A stretch of DNA of 64,000 nucleotides from the NCBI GenBank assembly GCA_964016885.1, contig OZ024744.1, forward strand, positions 65,410,001 through 65,474,000, given 5' to 3'. Source of the DNA: Eledone cirrhosa (Eukaryota). Positions 49,701 to 64,000 of the stretch are shown here, piece by piece. The notes below the pieces were generated by a model. It saw nothing but the letters and a program-made list of their open reading frames with translations, did no database searches and was not told the origin of the DNA. The number at the start of each line of letters is the position of its first letter. The first letter of the stretch is position 1. A program made the translations under genes and the position numbers.

Positions 49701-52146
49701 CCATGGCCCTACATTCTTTTATATTATTATATATGGATTGGTTTGGAAAGGAAGACCAATGTCCATGGCCCTACATTCTTTTATATTATTATATATGGAT
49801 TGGTTTCGAAAGAAGACCAATGTCCATGGCCCTACATTCTTTTATATTATTATATATGGATTGGTTTGGAAGGGAAGACCAATGTCCATGGCCCTACATT
49901 CTTTTATATTATTATATATGGATTGGTTTGGAAAGGAAGACCAATGTCCATGGCCCTACATTCTTTTATATTATTATATATGGATTGGTTTGGAAAGGAA
50001 GACCAATGTCCATGGCCCTACATTCTTTTTTATTATAATATATGGATTGGTTTGGTAGGGAAGACCAATGTCCATGGCCCAACATTCTTTTATATTATTA
50101 TATATGGATTGGTTTGGAAAGGAAGACCAATGTCCATGGCCCTACATTCTTTTTTATTATTATATATGGATTGGTTTGGAAAGGAAGACCAATGTCCATG
50201 GCCCTACATTCTTTTTTATTATTATATATGGATTGGTTTGGAAAGGAAGACCAATGTCCATGGTCCTACATTCTTTTATACTATTATATATGGATTGGTT
50301 TGGAAGGGAGAGCAATGTCCATGGCCCTACATTCTTTTATACTATTATATATGGATTGGTTTGGAAGGGAAGACCAATGTCCATGGCCCTACATTCTTTT
50401 ATACTATTATATATGGATTGGTTTGGAAAGGAAGACCAATGTCCATGGCCCTACATTCTTTTATACTATTATATATGGATTGGTTTGGAAAGGAAGACCA
50501 ATGTCCATGGCCCTACATTCTTTTTTATTATTATATATGGATTGGTTTGGAAAGGAAGACCAATGTCCATGGCCCTACATTCTTTTTTATTATTATATAT
50601 GGATTGGTTTGGAAAGGAAGACCAATGTCCATGGCCCTACATTCTTTTTTATTATAATATATGGATTGGTTTGGAAGGGAGAGCAATGTCCATGGCCCTA
50701 CATTCTTTTATACTATTATATATGGATTGGTTTGGAAAGGAAGACCAATGTCCATGGCCCTACATTCTTTTTTATTATAATATATGGATTGGTTTGGTAG
50801 GGAAGACCAATGTCCATGGCCCAACATTCTTTTATATTATTATATATAGATTGGTTTGGAAAGGAAGACCAATGTCCATGGCCCTACATTCTTTTATATT
50901 ATTATATATGGATTGGTTTAGAAGGGAGAGCAATGTCCATGGCCCTACATTCTTTTATACTATTATATATGGATTGGTTTGGAAGGGAAGACCAATGTCC
51001 ATGGCCCTACATTCTTTTATATTATTATATATGGATTGGTTTGGAAAGGAAGACCAATGTCCATGGCCCTACATTCTTTTTTATTATAATATATGGATTG
51101 GTTTGGTAGGGAAGACCAATGTCCATGGCCCAACATTCTTTTGTATTATTATATATGGATTGGTTTGGAAGGGAGAGCAATGTCCATGGCCCTACATTCT
51201 TTTATACTATTATATATATGGATTGGTTTGGAAGGGAAGACCAATGTCCATGGCCCAACATTCTTTTATATTATTATATATGGATTGGTCTGGAAAGGAA
51301 GACCAATGTCCATGGCCCAACATTCTTTTTTATTATAATATATGGATTGGTTTGGAAAGAAAGACCAATGTCCATGGCCCAACATTCTTTTATATTATTA
51401 TATATGGATTGGTTTGGAAAGAAGACCAATGTCCATGGCCCTACATTCTTTTATATTATTATATATGGATTGGTTTGGAAGGGAAGACCAATGTCCATGG
51501 CCCTACATTCTTTTATATTATTATATATGGATTGGTTTGGAAAGGAAGACCAATGTCCATGGCCCTACATTCTTTTATATTATTATATATGGATTGGTTT
51601 GGAAAGGAAGACCAATGTCCATGGCCCTACATTCTTTTTTATTATAATATATGGATTGGTTTGGTAGGGAAGACCAATGTCCATGGCCCAACATTCTTTT
51701 ATATTATTATATATGGATTGGTTTGGAAAGGAAGACCAATGTCCATGGTCCTACATTCTTTTATACTATTATATATGGATTGGTTTGGAAGGGAGAGCAA
51801 TGTCCATGGCCCTACATTCTTTTATACTATTATATATGGATTGGTTTGGAAGGGAAGACCAATGTCCATGGCCCTACATTCTTTTATACTATTATATATG
51901 GATTGGTTTGGAAAGGAAGACCAATGTCCATGGCCCTACATTCTTTTATACTATTATATATGGATTGGTTTGGAAGGGAAGACCAATGTCCATGGCCCTA
52001 CATTCTTTTTTATTATAATATATGGATTGGTCTGGTAGGGAAGACCAATGTCCATGGCCCAACATTCTTTTGTATTATTATATATGGATTGGTTTGGAAA
52101 GGAAAACCAATGTCCATGGCCCTACATTCTTTTATATTATTATATA

Positions 52147-53218
52147 AAAGATGTAGTGGGATCACAGGTAAGCTAACTAAGAACATAGATTTTACATGTG
52201 GCCGGTGCTCTGGTGCAATAAGTAGCAGCAAGTGCCCACAGACTACTAGCTCTTTCAATTGCGCAGAGGGTTCTATAGAAATAGTGGACAGCTTCCGTTA
52301 CCTGGGCAATAAAATCAGCAGTGGGGGAGGGTGCTCTGAAAGTACTGTAGCTAGAGTCAGAACTGGTTGGAAAAAGTTCAGAGAGCTTATACCACTATTA
52401 GCTGCTAAAGGGTTCTCACTAAAAATGAAAGGCAGGTTGTACGATGCCTGCATACGAACAGCAATGCTGCATGGCAGTGAGACCTGGGCATTGTGTGCAG
52501 AGGATATACGCAGACTAGAGAGGAACGAAGCTTGCATGCTCCGCTGGATGTGTAACAGTAATATACGTGAACGGCAAAGCATAAACGAACTAAGGAAAAA
52601 ATTAGAGATAAGAGGGATCAGATGTTGTTTGCTCGAGAGAAGGCTACGTTGGTATGGACACGTGATGCGCATGAAAGTCGATAGCTGTATAACAAAGTGC
52701 AGGGCAATAAAGATAGACGGTAGCCACGGAATAGGCAGACCTAGAAAAACCTGGGACGAGCTGATAAACTCCGACCTCACACACTTACACCTCTCCAAGA
52801 CAATGTCACTGGACCGAGACCTTTGGCGGTACTCAGTAACAGAGAAGACCCGCCTTGCCAGTAGGCATCTCTAACAAAATACACCCCGTCCCGCCACCTC
52901 CCCCACCCATCCACACCACCCGTCCTATGTAAAGTTATGTTGGTGCCGCGCCATCCAGGCCGAAACAAATGAGATCGTGTAGGTGTCACGACAAAAAAAC
53001 ACACAGTCCACGCTGTAATGTGGCCGTGTAGGCAACACGGTAAAAACCTCCCAGACCCACACTGTAAATGTGGTTGGTGTTAGGAAGGGCATCCAACTGT
53101 AGAAAACCTGCCAGACAGTCCTATGCGAGCAAGACAATCACTCTTGCCTCAAGTGGGACTACCCCCGTCCAAACCCATGCAAGCGTGGAACACGGACGTT
53201 AAACGTTGATGATGATGA
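52147..53218 (+). mobile_element. RTE LINE copy 5 (1072 bp)
   Basis: Same junctions; YLGN allele. Confidence 0.95.
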
Positions 53219-56200
53219 TATGGATTGGTTTGGAAAGGAAGACCAATGTCCATGGCCCTACATTATTTTATATTATTATATATGGATTGGTTTGGAAAGG
53301 AAGACCAATGTCCATGGCCCAACATTCTTTTATATTATTATATATGGATTGGTTTGGAAAGGAAGACCAATGTCCATGGCCCAACATTCTTTTATATTAT
53401 TATATATGGATTGGTTTGGAAAGGAAGACCAATGTCCATGGCCCAACATTCTTTTATATTATTATATATGGATTGGTTTGGAAAGGAAGACCAATGTCCA
53501 TGGCCCAACATTCTTTTATATTATTATATATGGATTGGTTTGGAAAGGAAGACCAATGTCCATGGCCCAACATTCTTTTATATTATTATATATGGATTGG
53601 TTTGGAAAGGAAGACCAATGTCCATGGCCCAACATTCTTTTATATTATTATATATGGATTGGTTTGGAAAGGAAGACCAATGTCCATGGCCCTACATTCT
53701 TTTATACTATTATATATGGATTGGTTTGGAAGGGAAGACAAATGTCCATGGCCCTACATTCTTTTATATTATTATATATGGATTGGTCTGGAAAGGAAGA
53801 CCAATGTCCATGGCCCTACATTCTTTTATATTATTATATATGGATTGGTTTGGAAGGGAGAGCAATGTCCATGGCCCTACATTCTTTTATACTATTATAT
53901 ATGGATTGGTTTAGAAGGGAGAGCAATGTCCATGGCCCTACATTCTTTTATACTATTATATATGGATTGGTTTGGAAGGGAAGACCAATGTCCATGGCCC
54001 TACATTCTTTTATATTATTATATATGGATTGGTTTGGAAAGGAAGACCAATGTCCATGGCCCTACATTCTTTTATATTATTATATATGGATTGGTTTGGA
54101 AAGGAAGACCAATGTCCATGGCCCTACATTCTTTTATATTATTATATATGGATTGGTTTGGAAAGGAAGACCAATGTCCATGGCCCTACATTCTTTTTTA
54201 TTATAATATATGGATTGGTTTGGTAGGGAAGACCAATGTCCATGGCCCAACATTCTTTTATATTATTATATATGGATTGGTTTGGAAAGGAAGACCAATG
54301 TCCATGGTCCTACATTCTTTTATACTATTATATATGGATTGGTTTGGAAGGGAGAGCAATGTCCATGGCCCTACATTCTTTTATACTATTATATATGGAT
54401 TGGTTTGGAAGGGAAGACCAATGTCCATGGCCCTACATTCTTTTATACTATTATATATGGATTGGTTTGGAAGGGAAGACCAATGTCCATGGCCCTACAT
54501 TCTTTTTTATTATAATATATGCATTGGTTTGGAAAGGAAGACCAATGTCCATGGCCCTACATTCTTTTATATTATAATATATGGATTGGTTTGGAAGGGA
54601 AGACCAATGTCCATGGCCCTACATTCTTTTATATTATTATATATTGATTGGTTTGGAAAGGAAGACCAATGTCCATGGCCCTACATTCTTTTTTATTATA
54701 ATATATGGATTGGTCTGGTAGGGAAGACCAATGTCCATGGCCCAACATTCTTTTGTATTATTATATATGGATTGGTTTGGAAAGGAAAACCAATGTCCAT
54801 GGCCCTACATTCTTTTATACTATTATATATGGATTGGTTTGGAAGGGAAAACAAATGTCCATGGCCCTACATTCTTTTATATTATAATATATGGATTGGT
54901 TTGGAAAGAAGACCAATGTCCATGGCCCTACATTCTTTTATATTATTATATATGGATTGATTTGGAAAGAAGACCAATGTCCATGGCCCTACATTCTTTT
55001 ATATTATTATATATGGATTGATTTGGAAGGGAAGACCAATGTCCATGGCCCTACATTATTTTATATTATTATATATGGATTGGTTTGGAAAGAAGACCAA
55101 TGTCCATGGCCCTACATTCTTTTATATTATTATATATGGATTGATTTGGAAGGGAAGACCAATGTCCATGGCCCTACATTCTTTTATATTATTATATATG
55201 GATTGGTTTGGAAAGGAAGACCAATGTCCATGGCCCTACATTATTTTATATTATTATATATGGATTGGTTTGGAAAGGAAGACCAATGTCCATGGCCCTA
55301 CATTCTTTTTTATTATAATATATGGATTGGTTTGGTAGGGAAGACCAATGTCCATGGCCCAACATTCTTTTATATTATTATATATGGATTGGTTTGGAAA
55401 GGAAGACCAATGTCCATGGCCCTACATTCTTTTATACTATTATATATGGATTGGTTTGGAAAGGAAGACCAATGTCCATGGCCCAACATTCTTTTATATT
55501 ATTATATATGGATTGGTTTGGAAGGGAAGACCAATGTCCATGGCCCTACATTCTTTTATACTATTATATATGGATTGGTTTGGAAGGGAAGACAAATGTC
55601 CATGGCCCTACATTCTTTTATATTATTATATATGGATTGGTCTGGAAAGGAAGACCAATGTCCATGGCCCTACATTCTTTTATATTATTATATATGGATT
55701 GGTTTGGAAGGGAGAGCAATGTCCATGGCCCTACATTCTTTTATACTATTATATATGGATTGGTTTAGAAGGGAGAGCAATGTCCATGGCCCTACATTCT
55801 TTTATACTATTATATATGGATTGGTTTGGAAGGGAAGACCAATGTCCATGGCCCTACATCTTTTATATTATTATATTTGGATTGGTTTGGAAGGGAAGAC
55901 CAATGTCCATGGCCCTACATTCTTTTAATTATATATGGATTGGTTTGGAAAGGAAGACCAATGTCCATGGCCCTACATTCTTTTTTATTATAATATATGG
56001 ATTGGTTTGGAAAGGAAGACCAATGTCCATGGCCCTACATTCTTTTTTATTATTATATATGGATTGGTTTGGAAGGGAAGACCAATGTCCATGGCCCAAC
56101 ATTCTTTTGTATTATTATATATGGATTGGTTTGGAAAGAAAGACCAATGTCCATGGCCCTACATTCTTTTATATTATTATATATGGATTGGTTTCGAAAG

Positions 56201-58719
56201 AAGACCAATGTCCATGGCCCTACATTCTTTTATATTATTATATATGGATTGGTTTGGAAGGGAAGACCAATGTCCATGGCCCTACATTCTTTTATATTAT
56301 TATATATGGATTGGTTTGGAAAGGAAGACCAATGTCCATGGCCCTACATTCTTTTATATTATTATATATGGATTGGTTTCGAAAGAAGACCAATGTCCAT
56401 GGCCCTACATTCTTTTATATTATTATATATGGATTGGTTTGGAAGGGAAGACCAATGTCCATGGCCCTACATTCTTTTATATTATTATATATGGATTGGT
56501 TTGGAAAGGAAGACCAATGTCCATGGCCCTACATTCTTTTATATTATTATATATGGATTGGTTTGGAAAGGAAGACCAATGTCCATGGCCCTACATTCTT
56601 TTTTATTATAATATATGGATTGGTTTGGTAGGGAAGACCAATGTCCATGGCCCAACATTCTTTTATATTATTATATATGGATTGGTTTGGAAAGGAAGAC
56701 CAATGTCCATGGCCCTACATTCTTTTTTATTATTATATATGGATTGGTTTGGAAAGGAAGACCAATGTCCATGGCCCTACATTCTTTTTTATTATTATAT
56801 ATGGATTGGTTTGGAAAGGAAGACCAATGTCCATGGTCCTACATTCTTTTATACTATTATATATGGATTGGTTTGGAAGGGAGAGCAATGTCCATGGCCC
56901 TACATTCTTTTATACTATTATATATGGATTGGTTTGGAAGGGAAGACCAATGTCCATGGCCCTACATTCTTTTATACTATTATATATGGATTGGTTTGGA
57001 AAGGAAGACCAATGTCCATGGCCCTACATTCTTTTATACTATTATATATGGATTGGTTTGGAAAGGAAGACCAATGTCCATGGCCCTACATTCTTTTTTA
57101 TTATTATATATGGATTGGTTTGGAAAGGAAGACCAATGTCCATGGCCCTACATTCTTTTTTATTATTATATATGGATTGGTTTGGAAAGGAAGACCAATG
57201 TCCATGGCCCTACATTCTTTTTTATTATAATATATGGATTGGTTTGGAAGGGAGAGCAATGTCCATGGCCCTACATTCTTTTATACTATTATATATGGAT
57301 TGGTTTGGAAAGGAAGACCAATGTCCATGGCCCTACATTCTTTTTTATTATAATATATGGATTGGTTTGGTAGGGAAGACCAATGTCCATGGCCCAACAT
57401 TCTTTTATATTATTATATATAGATTGGTTTGGAAAGGAAGACCAATGTCCATGGCCCTACATTCTTTTATATTATTATATATGGATTGGTTTAGAAGGGA
57501 GAGCAATGTCCATGGCCCTACATTCTTTTATACTATTATATATGGATTGGTTTGGAAGGGAAGACCAATGTCCATGGCCCTACATTCTTTTATATTATTA
57601 TATATGGATTGGTTTGGAAAGGAAGACCAATGTCCATGGCCCTACATTCTTTTTTATTATAATATATGGATTGGTTTGGTAGGGAAGACCAATGTCCATG
57701 GCCCAACATTCTTTTGTATTATTATATATGGATTGGTTTGGAAGGGAGAGCAATGTCCATGGCCCTACATTCTTTTATACTATTATATATATGGATTGGT
57801 TTGGAAGGGAAGACCAATGTCCATGGCCCAACATTCTTTTATATTATTATATATGGATTGGTCTGGAAAGGAAGACCAATGTCCATGGCCCAACATTCTT
57901 TTTTATTATAATATATGGATTGGTTTGGAAAGAAAGACCAATGTCCATGGCCCAACATTCTTTTATATTATTATATATGGATTGGTTTGGAAAGAAGACC
58001 AATGTCCATGGCCCTACATTCTTTTATATTATTATATATGGATTGGTTTGGAAGGGAAGACCAATGTCCATGGCCCTACATTCTTTTATATTATTATATA
58101 TGGATTGGTTTGGAAAGGAAGACCAATGTCCATGGCCCTACATTCTTTTATATTATTATATATGGATTGGTTTGGAAAGGAAGACCAATGTCCATGGCCC
58201 TACATTCTTTTTTATTATAATATATGGATTGGTTTGGTAGGGAAGACCAATGTCCATGGCCCAACATTCTTTTATATTATTATATATGGATTGGTTTGGA
58301 AAGGAAGACCAATGTCCATGGTCCTACATTCTTTTATACTATTATATATGGATTGGTTTGGAAGGGAGAGCAATGTCCATGGCCCTACATTCTTTTATAC
58401 TATTATATATGGATTGGTTTGGAAGGGAAGACCAATGTCCATGGCCCTACATTCTTTTATACTATTATATATGGATTGGTTTGGAAAGGAAGACCAATGT
58501 CCATGGCCCTACATTCTTTTATACTATTATATATGGATTGGTTTGGAAGGGAAGACCAATGTCCATGGCCCTACATTCTTTTTTATTATAATATATGGAT
58601 TGGTCTGGTAGGGAAGACCAATGTCCATGGCCCAACATTCTTTTGTATTATTATATATGGATTGGTTTGGAAAGGAAAACCAATGTCCATGGCCCTACAT
58701 TCTTTTATATTATTATATA

Positions 58720-59791
58720 AAAGATGTAGTGGGATCACAGGTAAGCTAACTAAGAACATAGATTTTACATGTGGCCGGTGCTCTGGTGCAATAAGTAGCA
58801 GCAAGTGCCCACAGACTACTAGCTCTTTCAATTGCGCAGAGGGTTCTATAGAAATAGTGGACAGCTTCCGTTACCTGGGCAATAAAATCAGCAGTGGGGG
58901 AGGGTGCTCTGAAAGTACTGTAGCTAGAGTCAGAACTGGTTGGAAAAAGTTCAGAGAGCTTATACCACTATTAGCTGCTAAAGGGTTCTCACTAAAAATG
59001 AAAGGCAGGTTGTACGATGCCTGCATACGAACAGCAATGCTGCATGGCAGTGAGACCTGGGCATTGTGTGCAGAGGATATACGCAGACTAGAGAGGAACG
59101 AAGCTTGCATGCTCCGCTGGATGTGTAACAGTAATATACGTGAACGGCAAAGCATAAACGAACTAAGGAAAAAATTAGAGATAAGAGGGATCAGATGTTG
59201 TTTGCTCGAGAGAAGGCTACGTTGGTATGGACACGTGATGCGCATGAAAGTCGATAGCTGTATAACAAAGTGCAGGGCAATAAAGATAGACGGTAGCCAC
59301 GGAATAGGCAGACCTAGAAAAACCTGGGACGAGCTGATAAACTCCGACCTCACACACTTACACCTCTCCAAGACAATGTCACTGGACCGAGACCTTTGGC
59401 GGTACTCAGTAACAGAGAAGACCCGCCTTGCCAGTAGGCATCTCTAACAAAATACACCCCGTCCCGCCACCTCCCCCACCCATCCACACCACCCGTCCTA
59501 TGTAAAGTTATGTTGGTGCCGCGCCATCCAGGCCGAAACAAATGAGATCGTGTAGGTGTCACGACAAAAAAACACACAGTCCACGCTGTAATGTGGCCGT
59601 GTAGGCAACACGGTAAAAACCTCCCAGACCCACACTGTAAATGTGGTTGGTGTTAGGAAGGGCATCCAACTGTAGAAAACCTGCCAGACAGTCCTATGCG
59701 AGCAAGACAATCACTCTTGCCTCAAGTGGGACTACCCCCGTCCAAACCCATGCAAGCGTGGAACACGGACGTTAAACGTTGATGATGATGA
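58720..59791 (+). mobile_element. RTE LINE copy 6 (1072 bp)
   Basis: Offset +6573 from copy 5; YLGN allele. Confidence 0.95.
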
Positions 59792-61214
59792 TATGGATTG
59801 GTTTGGAAAGGAAGACCAATGTCCATGGCCCTACATTATTTTATATTATTATATATGGATTGGTTTGGAAAGGAAGACCAATGTCCATGGCCCAACATTC
59901 TTTTATATTATTATATATGGATTGGTTTGGAAAGGAAGACCAATGTCCATGGCCCTACATTCTTTTATACTATTATATATGGATTGGTTTGGAAGGGAAG
60001 ACAAATGTCCATGGCCCTACATTCTTTTATATTATTATATATGGATTGGTCTGGAAAGGAAGACCAATGTCCATGGCCCTACATTCTTTTATATTATTAT
60101 ATATGGATTGGTTTGGAAGGGAGAGCAATGTCCATGGCCCTACATTCTTTTATACTATTATATATGGATTGGTTTAGAAGGGAGAGCAATGTCCATGGCC
60201 CTACATTCTTTTATACTATTATATATGGATTGGTTTGGAAGGGAAGACCAATGTCCATGGCCCTACATTCTTTTATATTATTATATATGGATTGGTTTGG
60301 AAAGGAAGACCAATGTCCATGGCCCTACATTCTTTTTTATTATAATATATGGATTGGTTTGGTAGGGAAGACCAATGTCCATGGCCCAACATTCTTTTAT
60401 ATTATTATATATGGATTGGTTTGGAAAGGAAGACCAATGTCCATGGTCCTACATTCTTTTATACTATTATATATGGATTGGTTTGGAAGGGAGAGCAATG
60501 TCCATGGCCCTACATTCTTTTATACTATTATATATGGATTGGTTTGGAAGGGAAGACCAATGTCCATGGCCCTACATTCTTTTATACTATTATATATGGA
60601 TTGGTTTGGAAAGGAAGACCAATGTCCATGGCCCAACATTCTTTTATATTATTATATATGGATTGGTTTGGAAGGGAGAGCAATGTCCATGGCCCTACAT
60701 TCTTTTATACTATTATATATGGATTGGTTTGGAAGGGAAGACCAATGTCCATGGCCCTACATTCTTTTATACTATTATATATGGATTGGTTTGGAAAGGA
60801 AGACCAATGTCCATGGCCCTACATTCTTTTTTATTATAATATATGGATTGGTTTGGTAGGGAAGACCAATGTCCATGGCCCAACATTCTTTTATATTATT
60901 ATATATGGATTGGTTTGGAAAGGAAGACCAATGTCCATGGTCCTACATTCTTTTATACTATTATATATGGATTGGTTTGGAAGGGAGAGCAATGTCCATG
61001 GCCCTACATTCTTTTATACTATTATATATGGATTGGTTTGGAAGGGAAGACCAATGTCCATGGCCCTACATTCTTTTTTATTATAATATATGGATTGGTC
61101 TGGTAGGGAAGACCAATGTCCATGGCCCAACATTCTTTTGTATTATTATATATGGATTGGTTTGGAAAGGAAAACCAATGTCCATGGCCCTACATTCTTT
61201 TATATTATTATATA

Positions 61215-62286
61215 AAAGATGTAGTGGGATCACAGGTAAGCTAACTAAGAACATAGATTTTACATGTGGCCGGTGCTCTGGTGCAATAAGTAGCAGCAAG
61301 TGCCCACAGACTACTAGCTCTTTCAATTGCGCAGAGGGTTCTATAGAAATAGTGGACAGCTTCCGTTACCTGGGCGATAAAATCAGCAGTGGGGGAGGGT
61401 GCTCTGAAAGTACTGTAGCTAGAGTCAGAACTGGTTGGAAAAAGTTCAGAGAGCTTATACCACTATTAGCTGCTAAAGGGTTCTCACTAAAAATGAAAGG
61501 CAGGTTGTACGATGCCTGCATACGAACAGCAATGCTGCATGGCAGTGAGACCTGGGCATTGTGTGCAGAGGATATACGCAGACTAGAGAGGAACGAAGCT
61601 TGCATGCTCCGCTGGATGTGTAACAGTAATATACGTGAACGGCAAAGCATAAACGAACTAAGGAAAAAATTAGAGATAAGAGGGATCAGATGTTGTTTGC
61701 TCGAGAGAAGGCTACGTTGGTATGGACACGTGATGCGCATGAAAGTCGATAGCTGTATAACAAAGTGCAGGGCAATAAAGATAGACGGTAGCCACGGAAT
61801 AGGCAGACCTAGAAAAACCTGGGACGAGCTGATAAACTCCGACCTCACACACTTACACCTCTCCAAGACAATGTCACTGGACCGAGACCTTTGGCGGTAC
61901 TCAGTAACAGAGAAGACCCGCCTTGCCAGTAGGCATCTCTAACAAAATACACCCCGTCCCGCCACCTCCCCCACCCATCCACACCACCCGTCCTATGTAA
62001 AGTTATGTTGGTGCCGCGCCATCCAGGCCGAAACAAATGAGATCGTGTAGGTGTCACGACAAAAAAACACACAGTCCACGCTGTAATGTGGCCGTGTAGG
62101 CAACACGGTAAAAACCTCCCAGACCCACACTGTAAATGTGGTTGGTGTTAGGAAGGGCATCCAACTGTAGAAAACCTGCCAGACAGTCCTATGCGAGCAA
62201 GACAATCACTCTTGCCTCAAGTGGGACTACCCCCGTCCAAACCCATGCAAGCGTGGAACACGGACGTTAAACGTTGATGATGATGA
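61215..62286 (+). mobile_element. RTE LINE copy 7 (1072 bp)
   Basis: Offset +15579 from copy 4; YLGD allele. Confidence 0.95.
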
Positions 62287-64000
62287 TATGGATTGGTTTG
62301 GAAAGGAAGACCAATGTCCATGGCCCTACATTATTTTATATTATTATATATGGATTGGTTTGGAAAGGAAGACCAATGTCCATGGCCCAACATTCTTTTA
62401 TATTATTATATATGGATTGGTTTGGAAAGGAAGACCAATGTCCATGGCCCAACATTCTTTTATATTATTATATATGGATTGGTTTGGAAAGGAAGACCAA
62501 TGTCCATGGCCCAACATTCTTTTATATTATTATATATGGATTGGTTTGGAAAGGAAGACCAATGTCCATGGCCCAACATTCTTTTATATTATTATATATG
62601 GATTGGTTTGGAAAGGAAGACCAATGTCCATGGCCCAACATTCTTTTATATTATTATATATGGATTGGTTTGGAAAGGAAGACCAATGTCCATGGCCCTA
62701 CATTCTTTTATACTATTATATATGGATTGGTTTGGAAGGGAAGACAAATGTCCATGGCCCTACATTCTTTTATATTATTATATATGGATTGGTCTGGAAA
62801 GGAAGACCAATGTCCATGGCCCTACATTCTTTTATATTATTATATATGGATTGGTTTGGAAGGGAGAGCAATGTCCATGGCCCTACATTCTTTTATACTA
62901 TTATATATGGATTGGTTTAGAAGGGAGAGCAATGTCCATGGCCCTACATTCTTTTATACTATTATATATGGATTGGTTTGGAAGGGAAGACCAATGTCCA
63001 TGGCCCTACATTCTTTTATATTATTATATATGGATTGGTTTGGAAAGGAAGACCAATGTCCATGGCCCTACATTCTTTTATATTATTATATATGGATTGG
63101 TTTGGAAAGGAAGACCAATGTCCATGGCCCTACATTCTTTTATATTATTATATATGGATTGGTTTGGAAAGGAAGACCAATGTCCATGGCCCTACATTCT
63201 TTTTTATTATAATATATGGATTGGTTTGGTAGGGAAGACCAATGTCCATGGCCCAACATTCTTTTATATTATTATATATGGATTGGTTTGGAAAGGAAGA
63301 CCAATGTCCATGGTCCTACATTCTTTTATACTATTATATATGGATTGGTTTGGAAGGGAGAGCAATGTCCATGGCCCTACATTCTTTTATACTATTATAT
63401 ATGGATTGGTTTGGAAGGGAAGACCAATGTCCATGGCCCTACATTCTTTTATACTATTATATATGGATTGGTTTGGAAGGGAAGACCAATGTCCATGGCC
63501 CTACATTCTTTTTTATTATAATATATGCATTGGTTTGGAAAGGAAGACCAATGTCCATGGCCCTACATTCTTTTATATTATAATATATGGATTGGTTTGG
63601 AAGGGAAGACCAATGTCCATGGCCCTACATTCTTTTATATTATTATATATTGATTGGTTTGGAAAGGAAGACCAATGTCCATGGCCCTACATTCTTTTTT
63701 ATTATAATATATGGATTGGTCTGGTAGGGAAGACCAATGTCCATGGCCCAACATTCTTTTGTATTATTATATATGGATTGGTTTGGAAAGGAAAACCAAT
63801 GTCCATGGCCCTACATTCTTTTATACTATTATATATGGATTGGTTTGGAAGGGAAAACAAATGTCCATGGCCCTACATTCTTTTATATTATAATATATGG
63901 ATTGGTTTGGAAAGAAGACCAATGTCCATGGCCCTACATTCTTTTATATTATTATATATGGATTGATTTGGAAAGAAGACCAATGTCCATGGCCCTACAT

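Larger units (their letters stand above)
32640..64000 (+). repeat. 62-bp satellite/minisatellite array (about 385 monomers), intronic, runs off the window end
   Basis: Consensus TATATGGATTGGTTTGGAAAGGAAGACCAATGTCCATGGCCCTACATTCTTTTATATTATTA, with 61- and 64-bp variants. The first monomers (32640-32720) are degenerate. Confidence 0.99.

Noticed and set aside
37793-62286. Site-specific LINE repeatedly targeting the satellite
   Set aside because: All seven copies share the same 5' truncation point, tail length and flanking monomer variants, which indicates duplication of one insertion.
32650-63966. Dozens of long hydrophobic ORFs (up to 656 aa) on the + strand
   Set aside because: They follow from a 62-bp monomer without TAA/TAG/TGA. 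All three frames are open at once and 61-bp variants shift the frame freely, so there is no sign of coding constraint.
32640-64000. CRISPR-like repeat array
   Set aside because: The monomers are head-to-tail with no unique spacers, there are no cas genes, and the context is a eukaryotic intron.

Overview
AT-rich animal genomic DNA. The (GAT)n-tailed RTE LINEs and tRNA-derived SINEs suggest a mollusc, probably a cephalopod (inference). The window lies inside a minus-strand MRCK (CDC42BPA/B, genghis khan) kinase gene. I could read 13 phase-compatible GT-AG exons (32580 down to 1595) encoding the linker, C1, PH and most of the CNH domain. The kinase and coiled-coil exons should lie beyond 64000, and the CRIB and C-terminal exons before position 1. 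Introns in 1-32.6 kb contain RTE fragments, SINEs, TTAA- and TA-flanked MITEs, a broken mariner, and a complete but frameshifted 4.15-kb LTR retrotransposon (13790-17936, ACTGG TSD). From about 32640 to the window end (>31 kb), one intron is a 62-bp satellite array. A single 5'-truncated RTE LINE inserted into it once and was co-amplified into 7 copies, forming nested higher-order repeats (2683, 6573 and 15579 bp offsets). The empty pre-insertion site survives at about 34075. The many long + strand ORFs in the array are artefacts of a stop-free monomer. Several short templated copies and inverted duplications suggest local template-switch repair.
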